DNA of 64,000 bases from Eledone cirrhosa (lineage: Eukaryota): NCBI GenBank assembly GCA_964016885.1, contig OZ024766.1, positions 20,708,001-20,772,000 on the forward strand. The letters run 5' to 3'. Below the pieces are notes generated by a model. The model did no database searches. It worked only from the letters and a program-made list of their open reading frames with translations, and was not told the DNA's origin. Both the position numbers and the translations under genes were made by a program. Positions 41,724 to 54,922 of this stretch are shown here, in pieces. How positions within the stretch are numbered: the first letter of the stretch is position 1; the number at the start of each line of letters is the position of its first letter.

Positions 41724-42420
41724 CCATCCACCATCTGAGTGAGTTTCTTGGTCAGTGTCCAAGTCTCAGACCCGTACAGTAGCACAGACTCCACTACAGA
41801 GGAGACTGAGGTTAGCTGGACATGCTCACCGACATCCAGAGTTGACACTGCACTCAGTGCTCCTGTGGGAGCCCCTACACGGACACACTGGAAGAGGGAG
41901 ACTGAGGTTAGCTGGACATGCTCACCGACATCCAGAGTTGACACTGCACTCAGTGCTCCTGTGGGAGCCCCTACACGGACACACTGGAAGAGGGAGACTG
42001 AGGTTAGCTGGACATGCCCACCGACATCCAGAGTTGACACTGCACTCAGTGCTCCTGTGGGAGCCCCTACATGGACACACTGGAAGAGGGAGACTGAGGT
42101 TAGCTGGACATGCTCACCGACATCCAGAGTTGACACTGCACTCAGTGCTCCTGTGGGAGCCCCTACATGGACACACTGGAAGAGGGAGACTGAGGTTAGC
42201 TGGACATGCTCACCGACATCCAGAGTTGACACTGCACTCAGTGCTCCTGTGGGAGCCCCTACACGGACACACTGGAAGAGGGAGACCAAGGTTAACGTAT
42301 GTTGATGCCCTAAGGGCAGACACTGGTCTGTTGGAGACGCAGGACATGGCAGCGATAATGAGGGACAGAGACCGCTGGAGAGAACTTGTCCATGGATCTC
42401 AGGAATTTTACCCGCCCTAG
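41720..42420. mobile_element. RTE-type LINE fragment with 5' inversion and ~105-bp tandem duplication (~4.5 copies)
   Basis: + strand RRLRLAGHAHRHPELTLHSVLLWEPLHGHTGRGR repeated, then GRPRLTYVDALRADTG...DRDRWRELV; - strand VVESVLLYGSETWTLTKK at 41720-41800. Confidence 0.8.
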
Positions 42421-42441
42421 ATAGATAGATATAGATTATAG

Positions 42442-42516
42442 GTTGATGGAGCTAGCATGGGTATCACTGCTAGGGCCTGTTGCATCTCAACGGACTCAAT
42501 AGGTAATGTTAAATAA
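42442..42516 (+). CDS. Probable last exon of unidentified gene
   Basis: attatag acceptor; VDGASMGITARACCISTDSIGNVK*; AATAAA at ~42598; an alternative donor G|gtaatg exists at 42503. Confidence 0.45.
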   Translation, partial: VDGASMGITARACCISTDSIGNVK

Positions 42517-42945
42517 ACGCCCAGAGCAGGCACATAGTTATTTGCTTCAATACTTAAACAGATATACATTGTTATACTCTGGTAGGGTCATGTTGCCAAT
42601 AAAAACACACGCACCGGTTGTTTTCACTTCAATTTATTATAAATTTCCTGTTGTTTGGTTGGTTGGTTCGATAACTGGATGGTTGTTTATATATTGTCAT
42701 CGCTCTTTTGTCACACATCTGCGACCTCCTCAGTGACTCGGTTTTTATTTTGTGTCTCCCCTGTTCTGCTCTACACCATCATGTTTTTGTGTGTTGTGTG
42801 CTGCATATACACACACACACATACACACATACACACATACACACACATTACACATACATAAAAACTGATAATTGCTCTGGTCATTGGAGGTAACCCCTAG
42901 TTTTCTCCAAAAACAGAAGTCCCTATAAGATGTTCCTGATCCCAG

Positions 42946-43002
42946 CTATGGTTTATAGCGTGACAGTGTTCTGTGTGACACCACATTCCCAGCCTCATAG
43001 GT
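42946..43002 (-). CDS. FABP/iLBP-family protein, exon 4 (stop)
   Basis: ttcttgcag acceptor; TYEAGNVVSHRTLSRYKP*. Confidence 0.88.
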   Translation of the reverse strand, partial: TYEAGNVVSHRTLSRYKP

Positions 43003-43307
43003 CTGCAAGAAAGAGAAGAAGAAGAATCAAGGGAGGTAACTCTTAATGCCCTGTTCCATACGAAGTCACATGAACAACACATTCTTTAAAAGCACAAAAC
43101 AGCACTATGACAGCATCACTTTACAGAGTGTACCGGGTGTATTGTATCATATACACCAACACTACCACTTTACAGAGTGAACTGGGTGTATTATATCATG
43201 ACACCAACACTACCACTTTACAGAGTGTACTGGGTGTATTTTATCATGACACCAACACTACCACTTTAGACAGACTTTAACTTAACATTATATATATATA
43301 CTTTACA

Positions 43308-43965
43308 TAACCCTGTGATGGACTGGTGTCCTGTCCAGGGGGAGTCTTGTACTCTCAGTTGCTTCATATATACTTTACATAACCCTGTGAGGGCCTGGTG
43401 TCCTGTCCAGGGGGGAGTCTTGTACTCTCAGTCACTTAACACCAATGAAACTAAGACAGACTTTAACCCTGTGATGCACTGGTGTCCTGTCCAGGGGGAG
43501 TCTTGTACTCTCAGTCACTTAACACCAATGAAACTAAGACAGACTTTAACCCTGTGATGCACTGGTGTCCTGTCCAGGGGGAGTCTTGTACTCTCAGTCA
43601 CTTAACACCAATGAAACTAAGACAGACTTTAACCCTGTGATGCACTGGTGTCCTGTCCAAGGGGGAGTCTTGTACTCTTAGTCACTATATATATACTTTA
43701 CATAACCCTGTGATGGACTGGTGTCCTGTCCAGGGGGGAGTCTTGTACTCTCAGTCACTTAACACCAATGAAACTAAGACAGACTTTAACCCTGTGATGG
43801 ACTGGTGTCCTGTCCAGGGGGGAGTCTTGTACTCTCAGTCACTTAACACCAATGAAACTAAGACAGACTTTAACCCTGTGATGGACTGGTGTCCTGTCCA
43901 GGGGGAGTGTTGTACTCTCAGTCACTTAACACCAATGAAACTAAGACAGACTTTAACCCTGTGAT
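43308..43965 (+). repeat. ~83-bp tandem repeat, probably SINE-derived
   Basis: Unit AACCCTGTGATGGACTGGTGTCCTGTCCAGGGGGAGTCTTGTACTCTCAGTCACTTAACACCAATGAAACTAAGACAGACTTT; core resembles a widespread SINE body motif. Confidence 0.8.
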
Positions 43966-44119
43966 GTATTCTCAGGGTAGGCACTGGCCTTACAAACCCC
44001 AGGGCCTTGGGACTGACTTCAGACTTCACCACCAGTCAACTCAGTCGTGTGTGGTCAGCTTCAGGGGATTTAAACAACAACAGCAATAAAGAGAAAGGGT
44101 CATAGGAGCTGTCCCTTAC

Positions 44120-44233
44120 CACGACCATGTTGTCGGGGTCAAGAAGTCTACGTGTGACCTTGGAATCCACTGCGGTCAGATCGTCGGCTAGCTGCATCTG
44201 GATCCACTCCCCGTTTTCTATAGTTATGGTTGT
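44120..44233 (-). CDS. FABP/iLBP-family protein, exon 3
   Basis: ctttcag acceptor, GTG|gtaagg donor; TTITIENGEWIQMQLADDLTAVDSKVTRRLLDPDNMVV; 114 nt. Confidence 0.9.
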
Positions 44234-44270
44234 CTGAAAGAGAGGAACACAAAGAAGGATTTATATATAT

Positions 44271-45014
44271 ATAGGAAAAAGTATGACCCCGACGGCAGAG
44301 ATCAAGCCGTTTCGACGGTTATTTGACTAAATTAAAATTCTAATTTACATTACACTTATAACACACTTACACCACACTTACATTACACTTACACCACACT
44401 TACATACCACTTATAACACACTTATATTACACTTACACCACACTTCCAGCACACTTATAATACACTTACACCACACTTACATTACACTTATATTACACTT
44501 ACACGACACTCCCAGTACACTTATAATACACTTACACCACACTTACATCACACCCATAACACACACACCACATTTAAATTACACTTATATTACACTTACA
44601 CCACACTTCCAGTACACTTATAATACACTTACACCACACTTACATCACACTTATAACACACACACCACACTTACATTACACTTTTATTACACTTACACCA
44701 CACTTCCAGTACACTTACACCACACTTACATCACACTTATAACACACTTACACCACACTTACATCACACATCACACTTACATTACACTTACACCACACTT
44801 CCAGTACACTTACAACACACTTACACCACACTTACATTACACTTATACCACACTCCCGGTACACTAAATTCTAATTTAGTCGAGAAATAGCTGTCGAAAC
44901 GGCTTGAGCTCTGCCGTCGGGGTCATACTTTTTCCTATTTCCCACTCTACTACCCTAAGTATTGAGTACTCTGGTGCGTTATGGTCCATCTGGTTCCTTA
45001 CCACAATTCCTTTG

Positions 45015-45017
<3 letters not shown>
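44271..45017. mobile_element. Fold-back element copy interrupted at its centre by a 518-bp low-complexity insert
   Basis: Arms at 44271-44334 and 44879-44940; insert 44348-44865 flanked by direct repeat AAATTCTAATTTA (44335-44347, 44866-44878). Confidence 0.75.
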
Positions 45018-45049
<32 letters not shown>

Positions 45050-45050
<1 letters not shown>

Positions 45051-46333
45051 GAAAGGCTGGTTATATGATGTCTGTGTGAGGAGCGCGATGCTGCATGGTA
45101 GTGAGACTTGGGCAGCAACTGCAGAGGATATGTGAAGCTGGAGAGAAAGGAAGCAAGCATGCTCCGTTGAATGTGCAGTGTCAATGTGTGTGAACGACCC
45201 AGCATGGATGTGTTGAGAGAGAAACTGTGTATAAGAGGGATAAGTTGTGGTGTGGGGGAGAGAAGGCTGAGGTGGTATGGACATGTGATGTGTTGAGAGA
45301 GAAACTGTGTATAAGAGGGATAAGTTGTGGTGTGGGGGAGAGAAGGCTGAGGTGGTATGGACATGTGATGTGTTGAGAGAGAAACTGTGTATAAGAGGGA
45401 TAAGTTGTGGTGTGGGGAGAGAAGGCTGAGGTGGTATGGACATGTGATGTGTTGAGAGAGAAACTGGGTATAAGAGGGATAAGTTGTGGTGTGTGGGAGA
45501 GGAGACTGAGATGGTATGGACATGTGATGTGTTGAGAGAGAAACTGGGTATAAGAGGGATAAGTTGTAGTGTGTGGGAGAGAAGACTGAGATGGTATGGA
45601 CATGTGATGTGTTGAGAGAGAAACTGGGTATAAGAGGGATAAGTTGTGGTGTGTGGGAGAGAAGACTGAGATGGTATGGACATGTGATGTGTTGAGAGAG
45701 AAACTGTGTATAAGAGGGATAAGTTGTGGTGTGTGGGAGAGGAGACTGAGGTGGTATGGACATGTGATGTGTTGAGAGAGAAACTGGGTATAAGAGGGAT
45801 AAGTTGTGGTGTGTGGGAGAGGAGACTGAGATGGTATGGACATGTGATGTGTTGAGAGAGAAACTGTGTATGAGGGATAAGTTGTGGTGTGTGGGAGAGG
45901 AGACTGAGATGGTATGGACATGTGATGTGTTGAGAGAGAAACTGTGTATGAGGGATAAGTTGTGGTGTGTGGGAGAGGAGACTGAGATGGTATGGACATG
46001 TGATGTGTTGAGAGAGAAACTGTGTATAAGAGGGATAAGTTGTAGTGTACGGGAGAGAAGACTGAGATGGTATGGACATATGATGTACATGGAGGATGAG
46101 CGCTGCGTAAAGAAGTGCCAAGAAATCCCAGTAGAAGGAAGACGCAGTAGAGGTAGACCACGTAAAACATGGGCGGAGGTGGTGAGAGCAGACCTCAGAT
46201 CGCTGAAGCTCACGGTGGAGATGACGAAGGACTGTGACGAGTGGAGAGATGCTGTGCTGAATAGGACCCCGTCCCACCCTTGCAAGCAGGGAAAAGGGGA
46301 CGTAAAATGAAATGATGATGATGATGATGATGA
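45050..46333 (+). mobile_element. RTE LINE 3' fragment with ~11 copies of the 80-bp unit
   Basis: VCVRSAMLHGSETWA...EASMLR upstream, array 45205-46080, GRPRKTW tail and (GAT)n. Confidence 0.88.
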
Positions 46334-46522
46334 TATATATATATATATATACACACACGCGGTGCTGTTGCCATGACCAAAAAACACCCCCACCCCACCC
46401 ACTACCCCCACAAAAATGTGGTGGGGTGGTGGGTGGAGGTGATGAGAGGCGAAGGGGAGTGTTAGAAATAGGAATGGAAAAAAAAGGGGGGGTGGGGGGT
46501 GGGGATCTATAAAATGACTAAC

Positions 46523-46698
46523 CTTCATTCTGTGTCCACTGGGGGTGATCTCCTTAAAGGGTACCCCAAGCTGAAAGGTGAGGACGGTCTTGGTGAAGGT
46601 GGAGGACAGCTTCAGGTGCCACGTGGTGTCGTCGTCCGGCAGTATTTCCTCGTAGATTGTAACTCTGCTGGCTACCTTGCGTAGAAGTAGTGAGACGT
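46523..46698 (-). CDS. FABP/iLBP-family protein, exon 2
   Basis: ccccacag acceptor, AAG|gttagt donor; VSLLLRKVASRVTIYEEILPDDDTTWHLKLSSTFTKTVLTFQLGVPFKEITPSGHRMK with the STF and FxLGxxFxExT motifs. Confidence 0.92.
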
Positions 46699-47249
46699 CT
46701 GTGGGGAGTAGAGAGAAGAGAGAGGTGGGTTAGGGCTAGTGAGGGTGAGAGAGAGGGGGTTAGTGAGGGGGAGAGAAGGGGGTTAGTGAGGGTGAGAGAG
46801 AGAGAGGGGTTAGTGAGGGGGAGAGGGGGAAGAGAGAGAGAGGGGGGGGGGGGGGTTAGCGAGGGAGAGAGGGGGGGGGGTTATTGAGAGAGAGGGGGGG
46901 GGGTTAGTGAAGGTGAGAGAGAGAGGAGGAGGTTAGTGAGGGTGAGAGAGAGAGAGAGGAGGAGTTACAGAGAGAGAGAGGGGTTAGTGAGGGAGAGAGA
47001 GTGGGATGGGGGAGTTACATAGAGAGAGAGAGAGAGAGAGAGGAAGGTTAGTGAGAGAGAGAGGTGGAGTTACAGAGAGAGTGGGAGGGGTGAGTGTGAG
47101 TAGGAGGGGGTAATTGCTGGCCTTGTGACCAAAGTATAAATATTATTATTATTATTATTATTATTAAGTACCAGTAATACACTGAGGGTAATTGCTGGCC
47201 TTGTGCCAAAAGTAGAAACAATTATTATTATTCCAACCAATATACGTAC

Positions 47250-47319
47250 TGACAGCTTCAAGGTAGGCTTCAAAGTTGTCACTCTTCACAAGTTTCCAAT
47301 GTCCCTCAAATTGTTCCAT
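47250..47319 (-). CDS. FABP/iLBP-family protein, exon 1 (start)
   Basis: MEQFEGHWKLVKSDNFEAYLEAV has the GxWKLxxSxNFxxY signature; A|gtacgt phase-1 donor; the four exons give a 138-aa protein with the canonical FABP exon layout. Confidence 0.92.
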
Positions 47320-47579
47320 CTCTGTAGCAATAATGAAACACAGGTTACAATTTACAGTGACTCTGAATAAAAACTATTAATAACAACTATTTGGGGCCAA
47401 CTTGAACACTGTAAACCGTAGTGAAGGCAACCCATCTAGGAGGGCTGTGACTCCAATTGAAGATTACTGCATGGAGCCAATATGGGCCCTGTAAACCATA
47501 GTGAAGGCAACCCAATACAGAGTAGTGAGGTCTCTCGATTCCAGTGAGACAGCCTCTCGAGTGCTGGTGGCATGGATAA

Positions 47580-49975
47580 TGTACCCAGTCCACGCTGTAA
47601 AGTGGACATGTAGGTGTCACAACAAAAAGTACCCAGTCCACACTGTAAAGTGGTCATGTAGGTGTCACAACAAAAAGCACGCAGTCCACACTGTAAAGTG
47701 GTCATGTAGGTGTCATGACAAAAGGTACCCAGTCCACACTGTAAAGTGGTCATGTAGGTGACACAACAAAAAGTACCCAGTCCACACTGTAAAGTGGTCA
47801 TGACAAAAAGCACCCAGTCCACACTGTAAAGTGGTCATGTAGCGTGTCACAACAAATAGTACCCAGTCCACACTGTAAAGTGGTCATATAGGTGTCACAA
47901 CAAAAAGCACGCAGTCCACACTGTAAAGTGGTCATGTAGGTGTCACAACAAAAAGCACGCAGTCCACACTGTAAAGTGGTCATGTAGGTGTCACAACAAA
48001 AAGCACGCAGTCCACACTGTAAAGTGGTCATGTAGGTGTCATGACAAAAGGTACCCAGTCCACACTGTAAAGTGGTCATGTAGGTGTCATGACAAAAAGT
48101 ACCCAGTCCACACTGTAAAGTGGTCATGTAGGTGTCATGACAAAAAGTACCCAGTCCACACTGTAAAGTGGTCATGTAGGTGTGTCACAACAAAAAGTAC
48201 CCAGTCCACACTGTAAAGTGGTCATGTAGGTGTCACAACAAACACCACCCAGTCCACACTGTAAAGTGGTCATGTAGGTGTCACAACAAACACCACCCAG
48301 TCCACACTGTAAAGTGATCATGTAGGTGTCACGACAAATAGCACCCAGTCCACACTGTAAAGTGGTCATGTAGGTGTCACAACAAACACCACCCAGTCCA
48401 CACTGTAAAGTGGTCATGTAGGTGTGTCACAACAAAAAGTACCCAGTCCACACTGTAAAGTGGTCATGTAGGTGTCACAACAAACACCACCCAGTCCACA
48501 CTGTAAAGTGGTCATGTAGGTGTCACAACAAACACCACCCAGTCCACACTGTAAAGTGATCATGTAGGTGTCACGACAAATAGCACCCAGTCCACACTGT
48601 AAAGTGGTCATGTAGGTGTCACAACAAAAAGTACCCATCCACACTGTAAAGTGGTCATGTAGGTGTCACAACAAAAAGTACCCAGTCCACACTGTAAAGT
48701 GGTCATGTAGGTGTCACAACAAAAAGTACCCAGTCCACACTGTAAAGTGGTCATGTAGGTGTCACAACAAAAAGTACCCAGTCCACACTGTAAAGTAGTC
48801 ATGTAGTTGTCACAACAAACACCACCACCACCCAGTCCACACTGTAAAGTGGTCATGTAGGTGTCACAACAAACACCACCCAGTCCACACTGTAAAGTGG
48901 TCATGTAGGTGTCACAACAAACACCACCCAGTCCACACTGTAAAGTGGTCATGTAGGTGTCACGACAAAAAGCACCCAGTCCACACTGTAAAGTGGTCAT
49001 GTAGGTGTCACAACAAAATGTACCCAGTCCACACTGTAAAGTGGTCATGGAGGTGTCACAACAAATAGCACCAGTCCACACTGTAAAGTGGTCATGTAGG
49101 TGTCACAACAAATAACACCCAGTCCACACTGTAAAGTGGTCATGTAGGTGTCACAACAAACACCACCCAGTCCACACTGTAAAGTGGTCATGTAGGTGTC
49201 ACAACAAACACCACCCAGTCCACACTGTAAAGTGATCATGTAGGTGTCACGACAAATAGCACCCAGTCCACACTGTAAAGTGGTCATGTGGGTGTCACAA
49301 CAAAAAGTACCCAGTCCACACTGTAAAGTGGTCATGTAGGTGTCACAACAAAAAGTACCCAGTCCACACTGTAAAGTGGTCATGTAGGTGTCACAACAAA
49401 AAGCACCCAGTCCACACTGTACAGTGGTCATGTAGGTGTCACAACAAAAAGTACCCAGTCCACACTGTAAAGTAGTCATGTAGTTGTCACAACAAACACC
49501 ACCACCACCCAGTCCACACTGTAAAGTGGTCATGTAGGTGTCACAACAAACACCACCCAGTCCACACTGTAAAGTGGTCATGTAGGTGTCACAACAAACA
49601 CCACCCAGTCCACACTGTAAAGTGGTCATGTAGGTGTCACAACAAACAGCACCCAGTCCACACTGTAAAGTGGTCATGTAGGTGTCACAACAAAAAGTAC
49701 CCAGTCCACACTGTAAAGTGGTCATGTAGGTGTCACAACAAATAGCACCCAGTCCACACTGTAAAGTGGTCATGTAGGTGTCACAACAAACAGCACCCAT
49801 CCACACTGTAAAGTGGTCATGTAGGTGTCACAACAAACAGCACCCATCCACACTGTAAAGTGGTCATGTAGGTGTCACAAAAAGTACCCAGTCCACACTG
49901 TAAATGAGGTTGGTGTTAGGAAGGGCATCCAGCTGTAGAAGCCAAACCAGAAACAGTTCTGTATGAGCAAGACAT
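47580..49975 (+). repeat. ~49-bp SINE-derived tandem array (~47 copies) ending in SINE body
   Basis: Unit CCCAGTCCACACTGTAAAGTGGTCATGTAGGTGTCACAACAAAAAGTA, a variant of the family A internal unit; ends AGGAAGGGCATCCAGCTGTAGAA. Confidence 0.9.
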
Positions 49976-50425
49976 GGTGGTGGTGGTGTGTGTGGGGGCA
50001 GAAGATATATAGCTGTGAAATAACACGACTGTACAGGTGTTGCTTCTGTGACTTAGCTATCAAGACTTACCTTCACTCACCTGATAAGCATGAACACCTC
50101 CTGTTAATTATCTAATTGCCCTCATTAAACAGTCTTACACAGCCACATACACTCCCACACAAGTACACATGCTAACATACACACATATATACATACACAC
50201 AGGTACATATACACACACACATACACATACACACACATACACACATATATGAACTTTTTGTGATGATCCTGTGAGAGCACAGCTGACTGTGTATATATAT
50301 ATGTGTGTGTGTGTGTGTATATATATACACACATATATATATATATATCATCATCGTCATCATCATCTTCGTTTAACGTCCATTTTCCACGCTAGCATGG
50401 GTTAGACGGTAATATATATATATAT

Positions 50426-50970
50426 AAACAGAAAAAATGAAACGAAATTTCATTCCCCACTCTTAGTACGGCTGTTACTTAAATATAAGTATGTACACGT
50501 ACATACATATATGTATACAGACGTACAGAAGTATGTATATATATATATACATACATGCACACATATATATATGTACGTATGGATTCACCGAACATTTATT
50601 ATAATGCTCGGTGTGTTTGTAAACAAACATCCCATATTAAGCCGTAGTGTCCAGCAACCATCGTTGCTCGTTTGTTCAACACTGACAAACGAACGCTGTA
50701 CTAGTTTCAAGCTTATTAGCTATCGTCGGCAACGTATACCTTCCTGCCAGATTGCTGAACGTCTGAAAGTATATACTTACCTTATGCATATTAATGGCTG
50801 AGAAGCCCAATTTGCATATCGAGTGGGTTAATCGGCCGGGGTACCGAAAACGATAAACGGAAAAAATGAAACGAAATTTCATTTCCCACTCTTAGTACGG
50901 CTGTTACTTAAATATAAGTATGTACACGTACATACATATATGTATACAGACGTACAGTAGTATGTATATA
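50426..50970 (-). mobile_element. Second copy of the hammerhead-containing tandem element (~1.27 units, 429-bp period)
   Basis: Reverse complement of the 32121-32540 unit, circularly permuted; hammerhead at 50693-50735 with core CCGACGA (one substitution). Confidence 0.72.
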
Positions 50971-51121
50971 TCAGAAGAAAGAATGAGAAATAAAATAGAT
51001 TGAGGGGACAGGCGGGCTGGAATCGGAAAAAATGTCTTTAGATAAAAATAACAGGTCCATTTATGTTGACAGCTCTTGGAAAACTGTTGGTGGAAATCAT
51101 CAGGAAAGCCTGATATATATA

Positions 51122-51516
51122 TGAATAATGAATGAATGAAATTATTGTGTACAGTGCTCAGGTGCACTACAACTCGTCAAAGGTGTATGTATAGTACATA
51201 GAATAATATACAAATCTCAGGGAAGTGAATAGTGTATGAGTCATGGTATACATGTGTGTGTGTGTATGGAGCGGGAATATTAGGTGTAGAGTTCGTGAAT
51301 CTCAGGAAGTATGGAGGCCTTAAAGGATGCAGTGTCTCGACAGCTAACAACTGATGCAGGTAGTTTGTTCCATGGAGGTTTTAAAGGATGCAGTGTCTCG
51401 ACAGCTAACAACTGATGCAGGTGGTTTGTTCCATGGAGGTTTTAAAGGATGCAGTGTCTCCACAGCTAACAACTGATGCAGGGAGTTTGTTCCATGGAGG
51501 TTTTAAAGGATGCAGT
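51122..51516 (-). mobile_element. CR1/L2-group LINE 3' end with ~61-bp triplication
   Basis: Minus strand PWNKLPASVVSCRDTASFK repeated; (TTCA)n-like tail. Confidence 0.65.
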
Positions 51517-52190
51517 GTAGGTGTCACGACAAAAAAACACACAGTCCACGCTGTAATGTGGCCGTGTAGGTAACACGGTAAAAACCTCCCAGTTCCACAC
51601 TGTAAACATGGTTGGTGTTAGGAAGGGCATCCAGCCGTAGAAAACCCACCAGACGTGTAGGTGTCACAACAAAAAAAAACACACAGTCCACGCTGTAATG
51701 TGGCCGTGTAGGTAACACGGTAAAAACCTCCCAGTACACACTGTAAACATGGTTGGTGTTAGGAAGGGCATCCAGCTGTAGAAAACCTACCAGACGTGTA
51801 GGTGTCACGACAAAAAAACACACAGTCCACGCTGTAATGTGGCCGTGTAGGTAACACGGTAAAAACCTCCCAGTTCCACACTGTAAACATGGTTGGTGTT
51901 GGGAAGGGCATCCAGCCGTAGAAAACCCACCAGACGTGTAGGTGTCACAACAAAAAAAAAACACACAGTCCACGCTGTAATGTGGCCGTGTAGGCAACAC
52001 GGTAAAAACCTCCCAGTTCCACACTGTAAACGTGGTTGGTGTTAGGAAGGGCACCCAGCCGTAGAAAACCCGCCAGACAGTCCTATGCGAGCAGGACAAC
52101 CACTCTTGCCTCAAGTGGGAAAACTCCCGTCCAAACCCATGCAAGCGTGGAACAGGGACGTTAAACGATGATGATGATGATGATGATGAT
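51517..52190 (+). mobile_element. SINE variant with ~140-bp tandem units
   Basis: Repeated GGAAGGGCATCCAGCCGTAGAAAACC; (GAT)n tail; reverse copy at 53870-54340. Confidence 0.78.
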
Positions 52191-52362
52191 ATATATATAT
52201 ACACATCTGTATGTTCACTAACCTTTCTGCTGCACCGTAAAAACCTTTAACGGCTATTTCCACCTTTCAAATATCTATCCAGCAGTTGGCAACCCCTCAG
52301 TATTTGTCCACCAGGGGGCAGTAGCTGTATATCTCTGTTACAAGAGCCTGTCATCCACTTAG

Positions 52363-52435
52363 GTACATCCCTCGCTACCCTCCGCTACAGGGTAGAAACC
52401 AGCCAATAGATGACTTGTCTGTTTTGGTTTACAGG
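52363..52435 (+). CDS. Candidate upstream exon of the large-exon gene
   Basis: ccacttag acceptor, AGG|gtgagg donor; [24 protein letters not shown]; phase 0 out matches the exon at 55447. Confidence 0.35.
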
Positions 52436-52489
52436 GTGAGGTGAGGTGGGTTAGAGAGCCATTGTCACATTTTGATAAGATAACAGTGA

Positions 52490-53869
<1,380 letters not shown>

Positions 53870-53870
<1 letters not shown>

Positions 53871-54340
53871 CATCATCATCATCATCGTTTAACGTCCATC
53901 TTCCACGCTAGCATGGGTTTGGACGGGAGTTTTCCCACTTGAGGCAAGAGTGGTTGTCTTGCTCGTATAGGACTGTCTGGCAGGTTTTCTACAGCTGGAT
54001 GCCCTTCCTAACACCAACCACATTTACAGTGTGGAACTGGGAGGTTTTTACCATGTTACCTACACGGCCACATTACAGCGTGGACTGTCTGGCGGGTTTT
54101 CTACGGCTGGATGCCCTTCCTAACACCAACCACATTTACAGTGTGGGGCTGGGAGGTTTTTACCGTGTTGCCTACACGGCCACATTACAGCGTGGACTGT
54201 CTGGCGGGTTTTCTACGGCTGGATGCCCTTCCTAACACCAACCACATTTACAGTGTGGACTGGGAGGTTTTTACCGTGTTGCCTACACGGCCACATTACA
54301 GCGTGGACTGTGTGTTTTTTTGTCGTGACACCTACATGAC
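53870..54340 (-). mobile_element. SINE variant copy
   Basis: Reverse complement of the 51517-52190 type. Confidence 0.78.
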
Positions 54341-54479
54341 CTCATTTGTTTTGGGCCGGATGTTGTGGTACCAACATAACTTTACATTGAAAGGGGTGGT
54401 GTGGATGGGGTGGGGGTAGTGGGACGGGGGTGTATTTTGTTAGTGATGCCTACTGACTGTAGTAGGTTTTACTTTGTAT

Positions 54480-54908
54480 TTAGGTAAGGCGGGTCTTCTC
54501 TATTACTGAGTACCGCCAAAGATCTCGGTCCAGTGACATTGTCTTGGAGAGGTGTAAGTGTGAGGTCGGAATTTATCAAGTCGTCCCAGGTTTTTCTGGG
54601 TCTGCCTACTCCGTGGCTACCGTCTATTTTTATTGCCCTGCACTTTGTTATGCAGCTGTCATCTTTCACGCGCATCAGGTGACCATACCAACGTAGTCTT
54701 TTCTCGAGTAAACAGCATCTGATCCCTCTTATTTCTAATTTGTGTATCTCTAGAAACAATCGGTGTCTCCATTGAATTGAAGTGCCCCGAGTGTGGAAAG
54801 ACTAGCTCGAGCAAATCTGGTCTCAGGAGCCTCTGTCGTCTTTCATGCGCATCACGTGGCCATACCAACGTAGTCTTCTCTCAAGTAAACAACATCTGAT
54901 CCCTCTTA
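54480..54908 (-). mobile_element. RTE LINE 3' fragment (degraded)
   Basis: IRGIRCCLLEKRLRWYGHLMRVKDDSCITKCRAIKIDGSHGVGRPRKTWDDLI. Confidence 0.82.
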
Positions 54909-54922
54909 TATATATATATATA

